This document shows, piece by piece, positions 1 through 9,179 of a stretch of 64,000 bases of DNA. The position numbers and the translations under genes are program-made. Each line of letters opens with the position of its first letter. The first letter of the stretch is position 1. This DNA comes from an uncultured delta proteobacterium (lineage in GTDB: Bacteria > Desulfobacterota > Binatia > JACPRU01): assembly GCA_963745025.1 (NCBI GenBank), contig CAVUWD010000002.1:1-64000 (forward strand), read 5' to 3'. Under the pieces are notes generated by a model. The model searched no databases. It was not told the DNA's origin and saw only the letters and a list, made by a program, of their open reading frames with translations.

Positions 1-463
1 TTTATGCCCTGTTCTTCGACGACGTATTGCTGGTGGTGGAGCGGCTGGTGGCCCGCTACGGAACCGTGGCCATGGTGGGGGACGGCGTCAACGACGCCCC
101 GGCCTGGCCCGCTCCAGCCTGGGCATCGCCATGGGCGCCGCGGGCAGCGACGCCGCCATTGAAACCGCCGACGTGGCCCTGATGTCCAACGACCTCTCGA
201 AACTCCCCTGGCTGGTGGGCCACGCGCGCCGCACGCTGCGGGTCATCCGGCAGAACGTGACCTTCGCGCTGGCGGTCAAGGCGTGCTTCGCGCTCCTGGC
301 CCTGCTGGGCTGGGCCTCGCTCTGGGGAGCCATCGCCACCGACATGGGGGCCAGCCTGCTGGTGATCGGGAACGGCCTCCGGCTGCTCCACCCGCCGCCC
401 GGTCCCCTCGTCACGCTTCGGGCGCGTGATCTCGCCAGCCGCGAGGCACCCTCAAGCGCATGA
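1..463 (+). CDS. Heavy-metal translocating P1B-type ATPase, C-terminal part (runs off window start; apparent frameshift near 105-115)
   Basis: [10 protein letters not shown] hinge motif, then [21 protein letters not shown]...IRQNVTFAL...[22 protein letters not shown], typical of ZntA/CadA-type ATPases. Confidence 0.85.
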   Translation, partial: LCPVLRRRIAGGGAAGGPLRNRGHGGGRRQRRPGLARSSLGIAMGAAGSDAAIETADVALMSNDLSKLPWLVGHARRTLRVIRQNVTFALAVKACFALLALLGWASLWGAIATDMGASLLVIGNGLRLLHPPPGPLVTLRARDLASREAPSSA

Positions 464-469
464 AAGCCC

Positions 470-1476
470 TGGTGCGTCGTTTCTCACGCTCGGTCCCCTG
501 CTCGCGCGCGAGGGCCGCGCGCGGGTTTCCACGCCTGGCGGGTGCGCGATCGGCGCCCGCCGGTGAATCTCCATCTCGCCGGATTCGAGAAGATGGGTGC
601 GCGGCTCGAGATCGTCCACGGCTACGTCGAGGCCGAGGCGCCGCTCGGGCCGAGCGGCCGCCGGCTTCACGGAGCGCGGATCGCGCTCGACATCGCCTCG
701 GTTGGCGCCACCGAAAACTTGATGATGGCGGCGGCGCTCGCGAAGGGGCGCACCACGCTCGTCAACGCGGCCCGCGAGCCGGAGGTCGAAGAGCTTGGGC
801 GCGTCCTCAACAAGATGGGCGCCGCATCGACGGCGCCGGCTCGTCGATCATCCGCATCGAGGGTGTGGCCGAGCTTCATGGCGTCGAGCACGAGGTGATC
901 GGTGACCGGATCGAGGCGGGGACGTTCCTCGTCGCCGGCGCGATTACCGGCGGGGATTGCTTCGTGCGGGGAGCACGGGCCGAGCATCTCGACGCCTTCC
1001 TGCTGAAGCTCGAGGAGGCGGGAGCGACGCTTGAGCGCGGGCGCGACGGCGTGCGGGTGCTGGGGGGGGGGCGGCCGCGCAGCATCCGCTTGAAGACGGC
1101 TCCGTTTCCTGGCTTCGCCACCGACCTGCAGGCGCAAATGATGGCGCTGATGACGATCGCGGAGGGGACGGCCGTAGTCACCGAGACGATCTTCGAGAAC
1201 CGCTTCATGCACGCCCTCGAGCTCATGCGGCTCGGTGCCGACATCACGATCGAGGGAAACAACGCCGTCGTGCGCGGCGTCGAGCGGCTCTCGGGCGCTC
1301 CGGTCATGGCGACCGACCTCCGCGCGAGCGTGTCGCTCATCTTGGCCGGACTGGCGGCGGAGAACACGACCGAGATTCGTCGCGTCTATCACCTCGACCG
1401 CGGCTACGAGCGGATCGAGTCGAAGCTCTCGGCGCTTGGCGCCGAGATCCGGCGCGAGAAGGCGGCTCCCGCGTGA
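470..1476 (+). CDS. murA: UDP-N-acetylglucosamine 1-carboxyvinyltransferase, 5'-truncated (about 90 aa missing) with frameshifts near 555 and 820
   Basis: Across frames: [88 protein letters not shown]. Confidence 0.9.
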
Positions 1477-2792
1477 GGCGCGCCATCGAAATCTACCGCG
1501 TCGGAGAGGATGCCTTCGAGGAGCGCCTGCGAGCGATCGCGGAGCGAGCGACCGCAGGCGACACCGGCGTCGAGTCGGCGGTGCGCGAGATCATCGCGGA
1601 GGTCCGCACGGGTGGAGACCGCGCGCTCGTCGACGCCACGCGGCGGTTCGATCGCGTGGACGTGAGCGGCCGCCTCGAGATCTCGCGTCAGGAGCTCGCC
1701 GCCGCGGAGGCGGCGCTAGAGCCCGGCGCCCGGCGCGCGCTGCGGCTTGCCGCGCGGCGGATCCGGGATTTTCATCGGCGCCAGATCCAGAAGAGCTGGC
1801 GGTATCGAGACCCGACGGGGTTGGTGCTCGGGCAGAAGATCGAGCCGCTCGACCGCGTCGGCGTGTACGTTCCGGGTGGAAGGGCCTCGTACCCCTCGTC
1901 GGTGTTGATGAACGTGATCCCCGCCACGGTCGCGGGCGTCGGCGAAGTCATCGCGGTGTCGCCTCCGTCGCCGATGGAAGGTAACTATCCCGCGGTGCTG
2001 GCGGCAGCGTCGATCGCGGGCGTCGATCGCTTCTTCCGCGTCGGCGGTGCGCAAGCGGTCGCCGCGCTCGCGTACGGGACCGAGACGGTGCCGCCGGTCG
2101 ACAAGATCGTCGGGCCGGGCAACGTCTACGTGCAGACCGCCAAGCGACTGGTCTTCGGTCGCGTCGGCATCGACAACTTCGCCGCGGCAAGCGAGGTGCT
2201 GGTCGTCGCGGACCGCTCGGCGACGCCGGAGTGGGTGGCGGCCGACCTGCTCGCGCAAGCCGAGCACGACGAGCTTGCTTCGGCGGTCTGCGTGACGACC
2301 ACCGCGAAGCTCGCCGAGGCCGTCGCCCGCGAGGTCGAACGGCAGCTCGCCGCGCTGCCCCGCAGGGAGACGGCCGCGAAGGCGCTCGAGCGCTTCGGAG
2401 GAATCTTCGTCGTCGACGGCTTGCGACAGGCGATCGAGATCGCCAACCGGATCGCCCCCGAGCATCTCGAGCTGGTGATCGAGCGCCCCGAGAAGTGGCT
2501 CCCGAGCGTGCGGCATGCGGGGGCGGTGTTCCTCGGCGCCCACGTCCCGGAGTCGCTCGGCGATTACGTGGCGGGACCAAACCACGTGCTGCCGACGGGC
2601 GCGACCGCGCGCTTCGGCTCGCCTCTCGGGGTCTATGATTTCATCAAGCGGATGAGCATCATCGGCGGCACGGAGCGAGCGCTGCGCCGCCTCGGCCCGG
2701 CCGTCGTTCGACTCGCAGAGCTCGAGGGGCTCGAGGCGCATGCTCGATCGGTCAAGGTGCGACTGCGCAGCGGAAGTCGGAGGAGGTCATAG
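1473..2792 (+). CDS. hisD: Histidinol dehydrogenase
   Basis: [63 protein letters not shown]; GTGA overlap with murA. Confidence 0.97.
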   Translation: MRRAIEIYRVGEDAFEERLRAIAERATAGDTGVESAVREIIAEVRTGGDRALVDATRRFDRVDVSGRLEISRQELAAAEAALEPGARRALRLAARRIRDFHRRQIQKSWRYRDPTGLVLGQKIEPLDRVGVYVPGGRASYPSSVLMNVIPATVAGVGEVIAVSPPSPMEGNYPAVLAAASIAGVDRFFRVGGAQAVAALAYGTETVPPVDKIVGPGNVYVQTAKRLVFGRVGIDNFAAASEVLVVADRSATPEWVAADLLAQAEHDELASAVCVTTTAKLAEAVAREVERQLAALPRRETAAKALERFGGIFVVDGLRQAIEIANRIAPEHLELVIERPEKWLPSVRHAGAVFLGAHVPESLGDYVAGPNHVLPTGATARFGSPLGVYDFIKRMSIIGGTERALRRLGPAVVRLAELEGLEAHARSVKVRLRSGSRRRS

Positions 2793-3437
2793 ATGCCGCA
2801 ACCAGGGAAGCCAAGAACGGCGAGGCGCGACGATGCCGGAGCCCGACGACGTTCGCGAGCAGCCGAGGTGCACCGCAAGACCAAGGAGACCGACATTTCC
2901 GTGAAGATCGGCCTCGATGGCGCCGGATCCTACGACGTCGAAACCGGCATTCCGTTTCTGAATCACATGCTCGAGCTCTTCGCCCGGCACGGCTTTTTCG
3001 ATCTCTCGGTGAGAGGGCGCGGCGATCTCGAAGTCGATGCCCATCATACGGTCGAAGACGTCGGGCTGACGCTCGGGGAGGCATTGCGCAACGCGCTCGG
3101 TGACAAGCACGGGATCCGCCGCTTCGGAGAGGCCACGGTGCCGCTCGACGAGGCGCTGGTCTCGGTCGTCATCGATCTCAGCGGCCGGCCGTTTCTCGCC
3201 TACAACGTCAAGCTCGAGCAGGAGCGGGTCGGCACTTTCGACGTCGAACTGATCCACGACTTCTTGTTGGCGCTGACCCACCAGGTCGGCATGAATCTCC
3301 ACATCAACATGCTCTCAGGACGAAACCCGCACCACATCGTCGAGGCGTCGTTCAAGGGCCTGGCCCGCGCGCTTTCGCAGGCAGCGTCGTACGACCCGCG
3401 TGTGAAAGGGGTGCTGTCCACGAAAGGGATCTTGTGA
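2793..3437 (+). CDS. hisB: Imidazoleglycerol-phosphate dehydratase
   Basis: RKTKETDI, TGIPFLNHML, GDLEVDAHHTVED, NPHHIVEASFK, STKG. Confidence 0.97.
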   Translation: MPQPGKPRTARRDDAGARRRSRAAEVHRKTKETDISVKIGLDGAGSYDVETGIPFLNHMLELFARHGFFDLSVRGRGDLEVDAHHTVEDVGLTLGEALRNALGDKHGIRRFGEATVPLDEALVSVVIDLSGRPFLAYNVKLEQERVGTFDVELIHDFLLALTHQVGMNLHINMLSGRNPHHIVEASFKGLARALSQAASYDPRVKGVLSTKGIL

Positions 3438-3486
3438 GGACTGGGCTACGGGCGACGACTTCGCAGGAACGTCGCGAAATCCGAGG

Positions 3487-3720
3487 AGCGCTGGAGATTC
3501 CGATCGGGACGTACTCGGCCCGATCGGAATCTCCGAGCGTCGTGCTCGTCGCTCCCGTTTGTCGCGACCCGGCTCCGGCTGCTCCATCCTGCCATGCAGC
3601 ACCGCGCGTAGCGCGGAACGCAACAACCCGCGGCGCTGGTCTATTGCGTTCCGCGCTCCGCGCGGTTGCGGTCGGTTGTGATCGACCCGGGCACGGGCCG
3701 ATCATAGCCGACCGCGCTCT
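3487..3720. repeat. Composite inverted repeat element 1: GAGTAC-loop hairpin (minus strand), motif C, inverted leader pair, hairpin (plus strand)
   Basis: Stem 3493-3508/3519-3534 perfect 16 bp with loop GTACTC; 23-bp inverted repeat 3601-3623/3644-3666 (1 mismatch); stem 3668-3715 closely matches 32427-32474. Confidence 0.9.
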
Positions 3721-3755
3721 CCGTCTCCCCGAAGCATTCGTGGCCTGAGCTTCTT

Positions 3756-4388
3756 ATGATCGCGATCGTCGACTACGGCATGGGGAATCTCCGCAGCGTC
3801 GAGAAGGGTGTCGCTCGCGCGGGTTACCCGACGATCGTCACCAGCGAACCGGCGAAGATCCTGTCCGCAGACGGCGTCGTGCTGCCCGGGGTCGGCGCCT
3901 TCGGGGCTTGCATGGCGAACCTAGCGACCCGAGGTCTCGTGCAGACGATCCGCACGGCAGTCGAGTCCGGAAGGCCATTTCTCGGCATCTGCCTCGGCCT
4001 CCAACTGCTCTTCGAGGAGAGCGAGGAGTTCGGGCCGATCCCTGGTCTCGGCATCCTGCCCGGCCGAGTCGTCCGCTTCGGCGGGCGCGAGCTCGAGGGG
4101 CTCAAGATTCCGCAGATGGGCTGGAACCGGTTGCGCATCCGGCGGCCGGTTGCCGAGCTCGCGGGTATCGACGAGGGTGCCTACGTGTATTTCGTGCACT
4201 CTTACTACGTCGTGCCGGCCGATCCCGTTCTAACCGCCGCCTCGACCGACTACGGAATCGAATTCGCGGCGGCCGTGGCGTGGAAGAACGTCTTCGCCTG
4301 CCAATTCCACCCGGAGAAGAGCCAGGCAGTGGGTTTGCACATCCTGGAAAACTTCGTCGCCAGGGTGCGTGCGAGTGCGACATCGTGA
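3756..4388 (+). CDS. hisH: Imidazole glycerol phosphate synthase, glutaminase subunit
   Basis: IVDYGMGNLRSV, LPGVGAF, GICLGLQ, YFVHSY, QFHPEKS. Confidence 0.97.
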   Translation: MIAIVDYGMGNLRSVEKGVARAGYPTIVTSEPAKILSADGVVLPGVGAFGACMANLATRGLVQTIRTAVESGRPFLGICLGLQLLFEESEEFGPIPGLGILPGRVVRFGGRELEGLKIPQMGWNRLRIRRPVAELAGIDEGAYVYFVHSYYVVPADPVLTAASTDYGIEFAAAVAWKNVFACQFHPEKSQAVGLHILENFVARVRASATS

Positions 4389-5107
4389 TCGTGATCCCTG
4401 CGATCGACCTGAAGGACGGTAAGTGCGTGCGGCTCTTCCAGGGCGACCCCGCGCAAGCGACCGTCTACGGGGACGACCCCGTTGCGATGGCCGAGCGCTG
4501 GCAGCGCGAAGGAGCCGAGTGGCTGCACGTCGTGGACCTCGACGGCGCGGTCTCGGGAAGCCCGACGCATCTCGGATCGCTTCGTGCGATCGCCGCGAAG
4601 CTTTCGATCCCGGTCGAGTTCGGCGGGGGTGTCCGGACGCTCGCAGCGGCGCGGGCGGCGTTCTCGGCGGGAGCGTCGCGTCTGATCCTCGGAACCGTCG
4701 CCCTCGAGGCACCGGATCTCCTCGAGGAGATCGCTCGGGAGTTTCCCGGACGAGTCTACGTCGCGCTGGACGCGCGCGATGGGAGAGTCGCGACGCGAGG
4801 ATGGAGGGAGACGAGCAGCATCGCCGTCGCCGACGCGGCTCGCGCCTGTGAGCCCCGAGGCGCCGCCGGCTTTCTCTTCACGGACGTGTCGCGCGACGGC
4901 ACGCAGCGGGGCGTCAACGTGAAGGCGACCGTCGCGCTCGCCGAGGTGGGTCGCCTGCCCGTGATCGCCTCGGGTGGAGTCGCTTCGCTCGATGACGTGC
5001 GCGCGCTCCGCGCCGTGGAGGATACGGGGATCGCCGCCGTGATCGTCGGCAAAGCGCTCTACACGGGTGCCGTGCGCCTGGCCGATGCCATCGCCGCGGC
5101 GAGGTGA
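4385..5107 (+). CDS. hisA: ProFAR isomerase
   Basis: [56 protein letters not shown]. Confidence 0.96.
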   Translation: MIVIPAIDLKDGKCVRLFQGDPAQATVYGDDPVAMAERWQREGAEWLHVVDLDGAVSGSPTHLGSLRAIAAKLSIPVEFGGGVRTLAAARAAFSAGASRLILGTVALEAPDLLEEIAREFPGRVYVALDARDGRVATRGWRETSSIAVADAARACEPRGAAGFLFTDVSRDGTQRGVNVKATVALAEVGRLPVIASGGVASLDDVRALRAVEDTGIAAVIVGKALYTGAVRLADAIAAAR

Positions 5108-5109
5108 CC

Positions 5110-5865
5110 ATGCTCGCCAAGCGCATCATTCCCTGCCTCGACGTCAAAGACGGACGCGTCGTCAAGGGCGTGAACTTCGTCGGCCTGCGTGACGCCGGTG
5201 ATCCGGTCGAGGTGGCGGCGCGCTACGACGAAGAGGGCGCCGACGAGCTGGCGTTCCTGGACATTACGGCTTCGCACGAGAAGCGACCGATCCTTCTCGA
5301 CGTGGTCCGCCGTACCGCCGAGACGGTGTTCATGCCGCTCACCGTCGGCGGCGGCATCCGCGAGCTCGCCGACATCCGGGCGCTGCTGAATGCCGGGGCC
5401 GACAAGGTCTCCATCAACACCGCCGCCGTGGCGAGGCCCGAGTTCGTGCGCGAAGCGGCCGAGCGCTTTGGCACGCAATGCATCGTCGTGGCCATCGACG
5501 CCAAGCGCTCTGGGGATCACTGGGAGGTCTTCACCCACGGCGGGCGGAACCCGACGGGGCTCGCAGCAGTCGAGTGGGCGCGGCGGATGGAAGGCTACGG
5601 AGCGGGAGAGATTCTCCTCACCAGCATGGATCGCGACGGCACGAAGCTCGGCTACGATCTCGCGCTCACGAGCGCGATCGCTCGATCGGTGCGTGTGCCG
5701 GTGATCGCCTCCGGCGGAGTCGGCAGCCTCTCCCACCTCTACGAGGGGCTCGCCGCAGGCGCCGACGCCGCGCTAGCGGCGTCGATCTTCCACTATCGGG
5801 AATTCACGATCCGCGAGGCGAAGCAGTATCTTGCCGCCCGTGGCGTGGCGATACGGCCGAGCTAG
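5110..5865 (+). CDS. hisF: Imidazole glycerol phosphate synthase, cyclase subunit
   Basis: [62 protein letters not shown]. Confidence 0.98.
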   Translation: MLAKRIIPCLDVKDGRVVKGVNFVGLRDAGDPVEVAARYDEEGADELAFLDITASHEKRPILLDVVRRTAETVFMPLTVGGGIRELADIRALLNAGADKVSINTAAVARPEFVREAAERFGTQCIVVAIDAKRSGDHWEVFTHGGRNPTGLAAVEWARRMEGYGAGEILLTSMDRDGTKLGYDLALTSAIARSVRVPVIASGGVGSLSHLYEGLAAGADAALAASIFHYREFTIREAKQYLAARGVAIRPS

Positions 5866-5876
5866 CGTAGTGCGGC

Positions 5877-6143
5877 TCAGCGGAGGTCGTCTTCGTGAAG
5901 CCCGTAGCGAAAGAGGATGAACTTCTTCTCGTCGGGATCCCTACGAATCTCCTCCCGCGCCCGCCGTATGGCCTCCTGGCGCTGTGAATCGTCGTCGTGC
6001 CAATGCGTCGCGGGCGGTGCGCCGGTCGACTCTTTCGGATGTGGCGGGGGAGGCGTTTCGGCAAGCGCCGGGCCCGCCGCGACTCGCACCAGCGACGCGG
6101 CGCCGATTGCCCAGCGAACCCATCGCGGCTTTCCGGCAATCAT
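5877..6143 (-). CDS. Small hypothetical secreted protein (88 aa)
   Basis: Basic then hydrophobic N-terminus ending in A-L-A, Pro-rich linker, charged helix; fills the gap downstream of the hydrolase gene. Confidence 0.5.
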   Translation of the reverse strand: MIAGKPRWVRWAIGAASLVRVAAGPALAETPPPPHPKESTGAPPATHWHDDDSQRQEAIRRAREEIRRDPDEKKFILFRYGLHEDDLR

Positions 6144-6186
6144 CCAATCATCCGATCATCCGATCATCCGATCATCCGATCATCCG
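6139..6186. repeat. Tandem octamer (ATCATCCG) x6
   Basis: ATCATCCA followed by five exact ATCATCCG units, overlapping the start codon of the 88-aa ORF. Confidence 0.95.
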
Positions 6187-6214
6187 CTCTCGCTCCGCTT
6201 ACAGCGTAACACCG

Positions 6215-7045
6215 TCAGGAGGATCGGGCACGCGCGGCGACCTCTCGTAAGAACGTGCCGATCTCCTGCCCGAGGAGATCGGGACGATCGATCAGCACAT
6301 GGTGGTGGCACCCCGGGATCTCGACGAATCGTCCATCACGACACGCGGCCGAAAGCCTGATGATCGCCGCCGAGCTGATCACCGGGCTCCGCTCGCCGCG
6401 CACGAACAGCACGGGGCACTCCAGATCGTGGAGACGGTCCTCGAGGTCGAACGACTCGTGGCCCGCGAACGACGCGCGGTCGAACTTCGTCTTCCAGAGG
6501 CCGCCCTCGTTGCGGAAGCCGTGGCGCGCGACGTGGGCGAGAGTCTCGGCAGGCGCGATCGTCTCCTTCGGTAGCGGACGAAACTTGTCGATCGCGTCTT
6601 CGATCCGATCGTATTGCGCGGGCACCAGCATGCCGAGCAGCTTCATGTAACGCGATCCCGAGGCTCCGAAGGACGCTCGCCCATCGACCATGACGAGCGC
6701 CGAGAGGCCGAAGGGATTGTCGACCGCATAGCGCAGAGCGATGAACGAGCCGAGGGAGTGCCCGACCAGCGCCGGCCTCTCGAGCCCGAAGGCCGCGATC
6801 AATTGCGCGACATCGCTCGCGTAATCGGCGACCTGGTACGCGCCGTCCGCGGCCCAGTCGCTGTCGCCGTGACCGCGTAGATCGAGCGCGTAGGCGTGGA
6901 GCCCGCCGCCGAAGTGTGGCACGACGAAGTCCCACCAGCGGGCGTGCGCCGACCCGCCATGCAGCAACACGACCGGCAGCCCGTCTCCCCCGTGATCGAC
7001 GACGTGGAGCCGAAGTCCGCGGTTCGTGAAATGACGGTCGACCAA
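6215..7045 (-). CDS. Alpha/beta hydrolase
   Basis: VVLLHGG, DLRGHGDS, GHSLG nucleophile elbow, C-terminal catalytic His region. Confidence 0.9.
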   Translation of the reverse strand: MVDRHFTNRGLRLHVVDHGGDGLPVVLLHGGSAHARWWDFVVPHFGGGLHAYALDLRGHGDSDWAADGAYQVADYASDVAQLIAAFGLERPALVGHSLGSFIALRYAVDNPFGLSALVMVDGRASFGASGSRYMKLLGMLVPAQYDRIEDAIDKFRPLPKETIAPAETLAHVARHGFRNEGGLWKTKFDRASFAGHESFDLEDRLHDLECPVLFVRGERSPVISSAAIIRLSAACRDGRFVEIPGCHHHVLIDRPDLLGQEIGTFLREVAARARSS

Positions 7046-7051
7046 TCGCGG

Positions 7052-7705
7052 TTACCGCGGGCCCCGCGAGCTGGAGCGCAGCGGAACGTAGTGCTGCACG
7101 CCTTTCCTCACGGTCTGGATCTCCTTCAGCAAGGCATCGAAGTCGGCGGGACGCGCGACGAAGTCGATTTCCGAGCTCTGCACGACGAGCAGGGGACTGT
7201 CGGAGTAGTGGTAGAAGAACTGTCGATACGCCTCGGCGACGCGCTCCAGGTAGGCGGGGGCGATCCGCCGCTCGTAGTCGCGGTCGCGCCGCCGCATGCG
7301 CCGGGCCAGCACCTCGCCCCGCGCTTCCAGATAGACGACGAGATCGGGCCGGAGCGTGCGGGCGCCGAGCATGCGATAGATCTGCTCGTAGAGCGCGTAT
7401 TCATCGCTGTCGAGATTCAGCCGCGCGAAGATCTGGTCTTTAGCGAAGAAGTAATCGGCGACCATCGCCTGCTCGAAGAGGTCGCGCTGCGCGAGGTCGA
7501 ATTGCTGGCGGTAGCGGGAGAGCAGGAAGAAGATTTGCGTGGCGAACGCGTACTTCTCGGGGCTCTCGTAGAACTTCCGCAGAAACGGGTTCTCTTCCCC
7601 TTCCTCGCGGACGAGGCGCGCGCCGAGGGCCTCGGCCAGCCGCTCGGCGAGACTCGTCTTGCCGACCGCAATCGGCCCCTCCACGACGATGTACCGTCCC
7701 GCCAT
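7052..7705 (-). CDS. Deoxynucleoside kinase
   Basis: IVVEGPIAVGKTS P-loop, ENPFLRKFY, FATQIFFLLSRY, PDLVVYL. Confidence 0.93.
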   Translation of the reverse strand: MAGRYIVVEGPIAVGKTSLAERLAEALGARLVREEGEENPFLRKFYESPEKYAFATQIFFLLSRYRQQFDLAQRDLFEQAMVADYFFAKDQIFARLNLDSDEYALYEQIYRMLGARTLRPDLVVYLEARGEVLARRMRRRDRDYERRIAPAYLERVAEAYRQFFYHYSDSPLLVVQSSEIDFVARPADFDALLKEIQTVRKGVQHYVPLRSSSRGPR

Positions 7706-7939
7706 CCCGTTCCTCGACCGTCGTCCGCTATCACAGGAGCGACGTCGACCGCGAGAGTGTCGCGCCGTGTCCTCCCCGATCCCCCGATCTTCGCGCTTCC
7801 TGCGCTCCGCGCCGTGCCGATCCGATCGAGCGGCGAGACAGGCGAAGGTAGCGCGAAACGTCCCCGTCTTGCTTTTCCCGGGGCCTTTGTCCTTGATGGG
7901 TGCTTGGGGCGCGTGTGGGCCGGGCCCCCCGAGGAGACC

Positions 7940-9037
7940 GTGGCCGATACGACGCGGGTGCGAGCGGGACAGCTCTTGATGGTGGGGCTGCCCGAGCCGA
8001 CGCTCGACCGTGCCACGCGCTCGTTTTTGAAGAGCCGCGCGGTCGCCGGAGTGATCCTGTTCCGCCGCAACATCGTCGACGTGCGCACGCTGGTCGCGCT
8101 GACGTCCGAGCTCCATGGGATCGCCACGGATCGACCGATCCTCGTCGGCATCGATCACGAAGGCGGACGCGTCGCGCGGCTCGGTGAACCGTTCACGCAA
8201 TTTCCTTCGGCGGCCATCGTGGGGAGGGCGGGTTCGCCGCACCTCGCGTATCGGCAGGGGATCGCGATGGGCGAAGAGCTGCGCAGCGTCGGCATCGACA
8301 TCGATTTCGCGCCGGTGCTCGACGTGGCGTCGAATCCGAAGAACCCGGTGATCGGGGATCGATCGTTCGGATCGCATCCGCGCACCGTCTCGCGGCTCGG
8401 TATTTCCCTCGCGCACGGGTTGCAGCGGACGGGTGTCGTTCCTTGCGGCAAGCATTTCCCCGGTCACGGAGACACGGCGGTCGATTCGCACCTCGATTTG
8501 CCGGTGGTCCGCCGCAGCCTGGCGGAGATCGAGCGCACGGAGCTCTTTCCGTTCCGGCGAGCGATCCAAAGCGGCATCGACGCGCTGATGACCGCTCACG
8601 TGGTGTTCACCGCTCTCGATGCCGAACGACCCGCGACGCTGTCGCGACGCGTCTTGAGCGAGCTCTTGCGCGAGCGCCTGCGGTTTCGCGGCGTCATCTT
8701 TTCCGACGATCTCGAAATGAAGGCGATCTCGGACCGTTTCGGTCCCGCGGACGCGGCGATCCTGGCGCTCGAGGCGGGCGTCGACTGGCTCCTCGTCTGC
8801 GAAAAGCTCGACTACGCGGAGCAGATCATCACGACGATCGAGCGCGTGGCCCCGAAGCGCCAGCGCCTCTCCGCGCGCATGGAGGAATCCACGGCGCGGA
8901 TCGACACCTTGCGGCGGAATCATCTGCGCCGGCTGCGCCGCCCGTGCGCCTATCCGCCGATCCCGCCCGAGGGGTTCGCCAGCCACCGCAATCTGGCGCG
9001 CTGGATCGAGGAGCGGGCGACCCAGGCGCGCGCCTAG
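7940..9037 (+). CDS. nagZ: Beta-N-acetylhexosaminidase (GH3)
   Basis: GVILFRRN, IDHEGGRVAR, FAPVLDV, DRSFG, KHFPGHGDTAVDSH, FSDDLEM; GAGGAG RBS. Confidence 0.93.
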   Translation: MADTTRVRAGQLLMVGLPEPTLDRATRSFLKSRAVAGVILFRRNIVDVRTLVALTSELHGIATDRPILVGIDHEGGRVARLGEPFTQFPSAAIVGRAGSPHLAYRQGIAMGEELRSVGIDIDFAPVLDVASNPKNPVIGDRSFGSHPRTVSRLGISLAHGLQRTGVVPCGKHFPGHGDTAVDSHLDLPVVRRSLAEIERTELFPFRRAIQSGIDALMTAHVVFTALDAERPATLSRRVLSELLRERLRFRGVIFSDDLEMKAISDRFGPADAAILALEAGVDWLLVCEKLDYAEQIITTIERVAPKRQRLSARMEESTARIDTLRRNHLRRLRRPCAYPPIPPEGFASHRNLARWIEERATQARA

Positions 9038-9060
9038 GGTCGGTAGGAGAGTCCGCGCCA

Positions 9061-9179
9061 CGGGTCGCTTCCGTTGCCCGCGATCCGTCTTCGGCCGAAA
9101 CGCCCACCGAGCCAGGAGGTTGGGTCACAGATCGCACCCGTGGGTCGCGATCCCGGCTCCGGCCAGGCAGCCTACCGAG
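9061..9179 (-). repeat. Two tandem REP-like motif C copies between convergent nagZ and mtnA
   Basis: Minus strand CTCGGTAGG..CCGGAGCCGGGATCGCGACCCACGGGTGCGATC and CTCGGTGGG..CCGAAGACGGATCGCGGGCAACGGAAGCGAC; homologous to 32123-32172 and about 3549-3580. Confidence 0.75.

Noticed and set aside
3487-3720. Hairpin repeats as a CRISPR array, attC sites or tRNA
   Set aside because: No regularly spaced direct repeats with unique spacers, no cas or integrase gene, no RYYYAAC/GTTRRRY box architecture and no cloverleaf
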